Below are positions 46,116 to 48,706 of a stretch of DNA of 48,706 bases, piece after piece. The translations under genes and the position numbers were made by a program. Origin of the DNA: Candidatus Staskawiczbacteria bacterium (GTDB lineage Bacteria; Patescibacteriota; Minisyncoccia; Minisyncoccales; Staskawiczbacteraceae); the NCBI GenBank assembly GCA_026395295.1, contig JAPLYZ010000020.1:1-48706 (forward strand), in the 5' to 3' direction. The notes under the pieces were generated by a model. It was not told where the DNA came from and ran no database searches. It saw only the letters and a list, made by a program, of their open reading frames with translations. Positions within the stretch are counted from its first letter, which is position 1; each line of letters begins with the position of its first letter.

Positions 46116-47099
46116 CTAAATTAATTTTACTTCATTTTTTAAACGCTCTATCGCTATATCACAATATTTACCGTCAATATCAATCCCAATTCCTTTTCTA
46201 TTATGCGCGTAAGCAGCAATAAGTGTTGAGCCGCTTCCCAAAAATGGGTCTAAAACCGTATCTCCAATAAAGCTAAACAGTTTGATACATCTTCGTGGTA
46301 ATTCTACTGGAAATGGCGCGGGGTGACCACCTGCTCCTTTTTTACTTTGACCATTAAAAGTCCATACTCCGTTCGTCCAATCCATAAATTCTTGTTTTGT
46401 AATATCGTTTTCTCTACTGCTCCCAGTTTTTTTCCAACTGTCTTTATATAGAACTAAAATTAATTCTACTGGAGCAATTACGTAAGGTGCGGAAGCCGAC
46501 ATGAATGAACCCCATGCAGTACGACGAGATATATTCCCCTCGTTCCAAATAATCGTGGAATGATACTTCCAGCCAATGTCTTTTGCAATCTTTGTAATAT
46601 CTGCGCCGACCGATTTCTGTCCACCTTTATTCTTGTCGAGCGGTATATTCAGCAAAAAACGCCCTTCTGGTTTTGCTAAATCAAAACACCTTTTAATCCA
46701 TTTTTTTGTAAAATCTAAATAATCTTCGTAGCTTAAATTGTCTGCATGCTCGTTATAGTGTATATCAACATTATATGGCGGAGAAGTGATAATAAGATCA
46801 ACTGTGTTGTCTGGAATAGAATCAAACTTTAAAATATCGTCTTTATAAATTGCCACGCCATTTCTCAAAAAATACAGCTTTTTTGAGCTTATACTTTTAA
46901 CGCTTTTTATTTCAGCCACTCCACTTTCAGTTAGAAATAAACCTCCCGTAGCAAGGTCTTTTACTCCTTGGTTTTTGGATAATTTGCTTCTGATCTTTTC
47001 TTTTTGAGGCTTATAAATCTTTTTTCCTGAATTTTTGGATTTTTTATTTTTTACTTTTGTTTTTGGCATATTTTTTTTATTTTCTATTGAATCTTTCAC
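46116..47099 (-). CDS. Site-specific DNA methyltransferase (N4-C/N6-A, beta class)
   Basis: TSPPY precedes HPAPFP and VLDPFLGSGST; start may be ATG 47069. Confidence 0.93.
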   Translation of the reverse strand: MKDSIENKKNMPKTKVKNKKSKNSGKKIYKPQKEKIRSKLSKNQGVKDLATGGLFLTESGVAEIKSVKSISSKKLYFLRNGVAIYKDDILKFDSIPDNTVDLIITSPPYNVDIHYNEHADNLSYEDYLDFTKKWIKRCFDLAKPEGRFLLNIPLDKNKGGQKSVGADITKIAKDIGWKYHSTIIWNEGNISRRTAWGSFMSASAPYVIAPVELILVLYKDSWKKTGSSRENDITKQEFMDWTNGVWTFNGQSKKGAGGHPAPFPVELPRRCIKLFSFIGDTVLDPFLGSGSTLIAAYAHNRKGIGIDIDGKYCDIAIERLKNEVKLI

Positions 47100-47115
47100 T
47101 TTTTCTTTTTAAAAT

Positions 47116-47379
47116 TTACCGGTCGTAAGACATGTTTCCTCGGCTTTCAATCTCCTCAACTTCAACCACTTTTTTAGATTCGTTAACAAAATAGATAATT
47201 CTATACGGACGAATAACAATTTTCCGGTTATAACTATACCTGCCCTGCATGTGAACGCCCAAGTACGGATTAGTTTCAAGCTCTCTAAGTTTTTCTGCAA
47301 TTTTCAACCGCCAATTTTGCGGAAACTTCTTTACCGCTTTTCTAACACATGTTGGAACGTAAACATAGTATATCCCCAT
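47116..47379 (-). CDS. RelE/ParE-family toxin
   Basis: 87 aa; K..KK.P, L..NP..G and YRIIY; downstream of the antitoxin. Confidence 0.85.
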   Translation of the reverse strand: MGIYYVYVPTCVRKAVKKFPQNWRLKIAEKLRELETNPYLGVHMQGRYSYNRKIVIRPYRIIYFVNESKKVVEVEEIESRGNMSYDR

Positions 47380-47380
47380 A

Positions 47381-47734
47381 TTATTTCTTCCTTTTATTAG
47401 CGCTGTAATCCTTTTTAGCTTTATCTCTTAACACCAAACTATTCGTCGGTCTAACTATACCTAATTCCCTTTCAAACTCCTGCAAGGTGACATATTCGCC
47501 ACGAGCAATCTCGTCCTCGGCCTTTTTAATTTTAGCGGCAAACTTCGGGTCTTTTGCTAATGCCAAATCTTCCATCAAGGAGTCGTACTCCTCGGCAGAC
47601 ATTGCAACCATTTTAGCTTTACCGTTTTCAGTAAAAAGATAATGATTGCCACGTTTCTGAATTTTCTCAGCAATGTCAAAAATATTGCTTCTAGCCTCGC
47701 TGATAGAGATAATGTTTTTCATTTTTATGGTCAT
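47381..47734 (-). CDS. Phd/YefM-family antitoxin
   Basis: ISISEAR.N.......T.NGK...V.MS.EEY..L.E.L. Confidence 0.88.
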   Translation of the reverse strand: MTIKMKNIISISEARSNIFDIAEKIQKRGNHYLFTENGKAKMVAMSAEEYDSLMEDLALAKDPKFAAKIKKAEDEIARGEYVTLQEFERELGIVRPTNSLVLRDKAKKDYSANKRKK

Positions 47735-47764
47735 AATTTTGTTTAAATTAATTAATAGACTATA

Positions 47765-47799
47765 TGTACATTATAGCGTACATCATAGGTTGCTGTCAA
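47765..47799 (-). promoter_or_regulatory. TA promoter with YefM-type operator
   Basis: TTGACA (47799-47794), 18-nt spacer, TATAAT (47775-47770), overlapped by TGTACA (47765) and CGTACA (47777) 12 nt apart. Confidence 0.7.
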
Positions 47800-47801
47800 T
47801 A

Positions 47802-48473
47802 TCATATTAACTTGTTTTCTTTGAAGCTGTATGGCGACTTGCCTTTGGCAATAATAACATGGTCTAAAACTTCCACTCCCATTATTTTGCCAGCTTCAAT
47901 TATTCTTTTGGTAATTTGTAAATCATCTTCCGACGGCTCGTTGTCCCCCGACGGATGATTGTGCGCCAAAATTACCGAGCAGGCATTTTGTTTCAACGCT
48001 TCCTGAAAAATTTCTCGCGGGTGTATCAAGCTGGCGTTTAACGTGCCAATAAACATCGGCTTTTTGTGCAAGAGTTCGTTTCTGGCATTAAGAAAAAGCG
48101 CCATTAAATGCTCTCTTGTTTTATCTCGCATATACACAACCTGGGCCAAAACATCTTCAACCGATTCAATTTTTGGGAGACTTTCGTCTCTTACTTCAAG
48201 AGCTCTTTTTACTAATTCCTGACTGGCTAAAATTGCGCAAGCTTTTGCCGAATTTATGCCTCTAATTTTTGTTAAATCTCCGTATTTTAATTGTAAAAAA
48301 TTTTTAATTGGGGATTTCGCCAAAATTTGCTCTGCCACCTCAATAACATTTTTCCCTTCCACTCCCGTGCCAAGCAAAATTGCCAGAAGCTCTTTGTCTT
48401 TCAGGTTTTCCGCGCCTTTGGCAATCAATTTTTCTCTCGGCCGTTCAATTTTGGGCAAATCCTTTATTTTCAT
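47802..48473 (-). CDS. radC: RadC (JAB/MPN) family protein
   Basis: RPREKL, ELLAILL, HPREIF, AHNHPSG...PS..D and LDHVII. Confidence 0.95.
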   Translation of the reverse strand: MKIKDLPKIERPREKLIAKGAENLKDKELLAILLGTGVEGKNVIEVAEQILAKSPIKNFLQLKYGDLTKIRGINSAKACAILASQELVKRALEVRDESLPKIESVEDVLAQVVYMRDKTREHLMALFLNARNELLHKKPMFIGTLNASLIHPREIFQEALKQNACSVILAHNHPSGDNEPSEDDLQITKRIIEAGKIMGVEVLDHVIIAKGKSPYSFKENKLI

Positions 48474-48574
48474 AAAGTTATATCTTACTTAAATCTACTC
48501 CTTTTTGGGGCAAAGTTCAAATTTTACAACCCCATTCGCGCAACCCTAAAAAACAAAACCTTGCTCAGTATTTT

Positions 48575-48706
48575 CTAATCAAGAAAGGATCCTGAAATCT
48601 CGGACATGACTTTGTTGGAAAAGGTTGTCGGGAATTGGAGCTTTTGACCTTTAAAATTATTGAATAATTTCTCTTTTTCTTTTTGCATAAACCCGGCGAA
48701 TTCGTT
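48575..48706 (-). CDS. 3' end of a hypothetical protein (partial)
   Basis: Open frame NEFAGFMQKE...SGSFLD* from the window edge. Confidence 0.5.
   Translation of the reverse strand, partial: NEFAGFMQKEKEKLFNNFKGQKLQFPTTFSNKVMSEISGSFLD

Overview
AT-rich (by eye about 35% GC) bacterial chromosome segment with almost all genes on the minus strand and standard code 11 (TGA = stop, tRNA-Trp CCA). The gene content (GAD-less AspRS, FemABX, sortase plus CAP protein, PaaX/Cas2-like orphan, mostly SD-less starts) points to a Patescibacteria/CPR Parcubacteria-type genome; this is an inference. The left part is a dispersed cell-wall/division backbone (mraZ-rsmH-ftsL-ftsI, murC, DD-carboxypeptidase, mraY, femABX, ftsQ, mltG) mixed with aspS, tyrS, efp, thpR, ion and amino-acid transporters, tRNA-Glu and the 3' end of an IS30-like transposase. 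The middle holds a GC-richer, translationally coupled operon: RNHCP protein, radical SAM/SPASM enzyme with a probable C-terminal RRE, a second radical SAM, and a YkgJ-like Cys protein ending in a fused peptide-like tail. This is a candidate new RiPP-type system. The right part has tRNA-Trp, an accessory enzyme/two-component block and a defence cluster (PD-(D/E)XK nuclease, RhuM, fused PARIS-like ATPase-TOPRIM, HNH + DNA MTase, Phd/RelE TA, RadC). Non-coding signals found by reading the sequence: a GIY-YIG mini-element that duplicates the tRNA-Glu 3' end with twin hairpins in the T-loop; an orphan Leu-leader attenuator; a 12-mer (TGTCGCACAATA) present 5 times on one strand; palindromic repeats inserted in frame in three genes; inverted palindromes flanking the PaaX-like gene; a MITE; and a small ORF whose mRNA ends can pair. 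All calls come from motif recognition only; no database searches were run.
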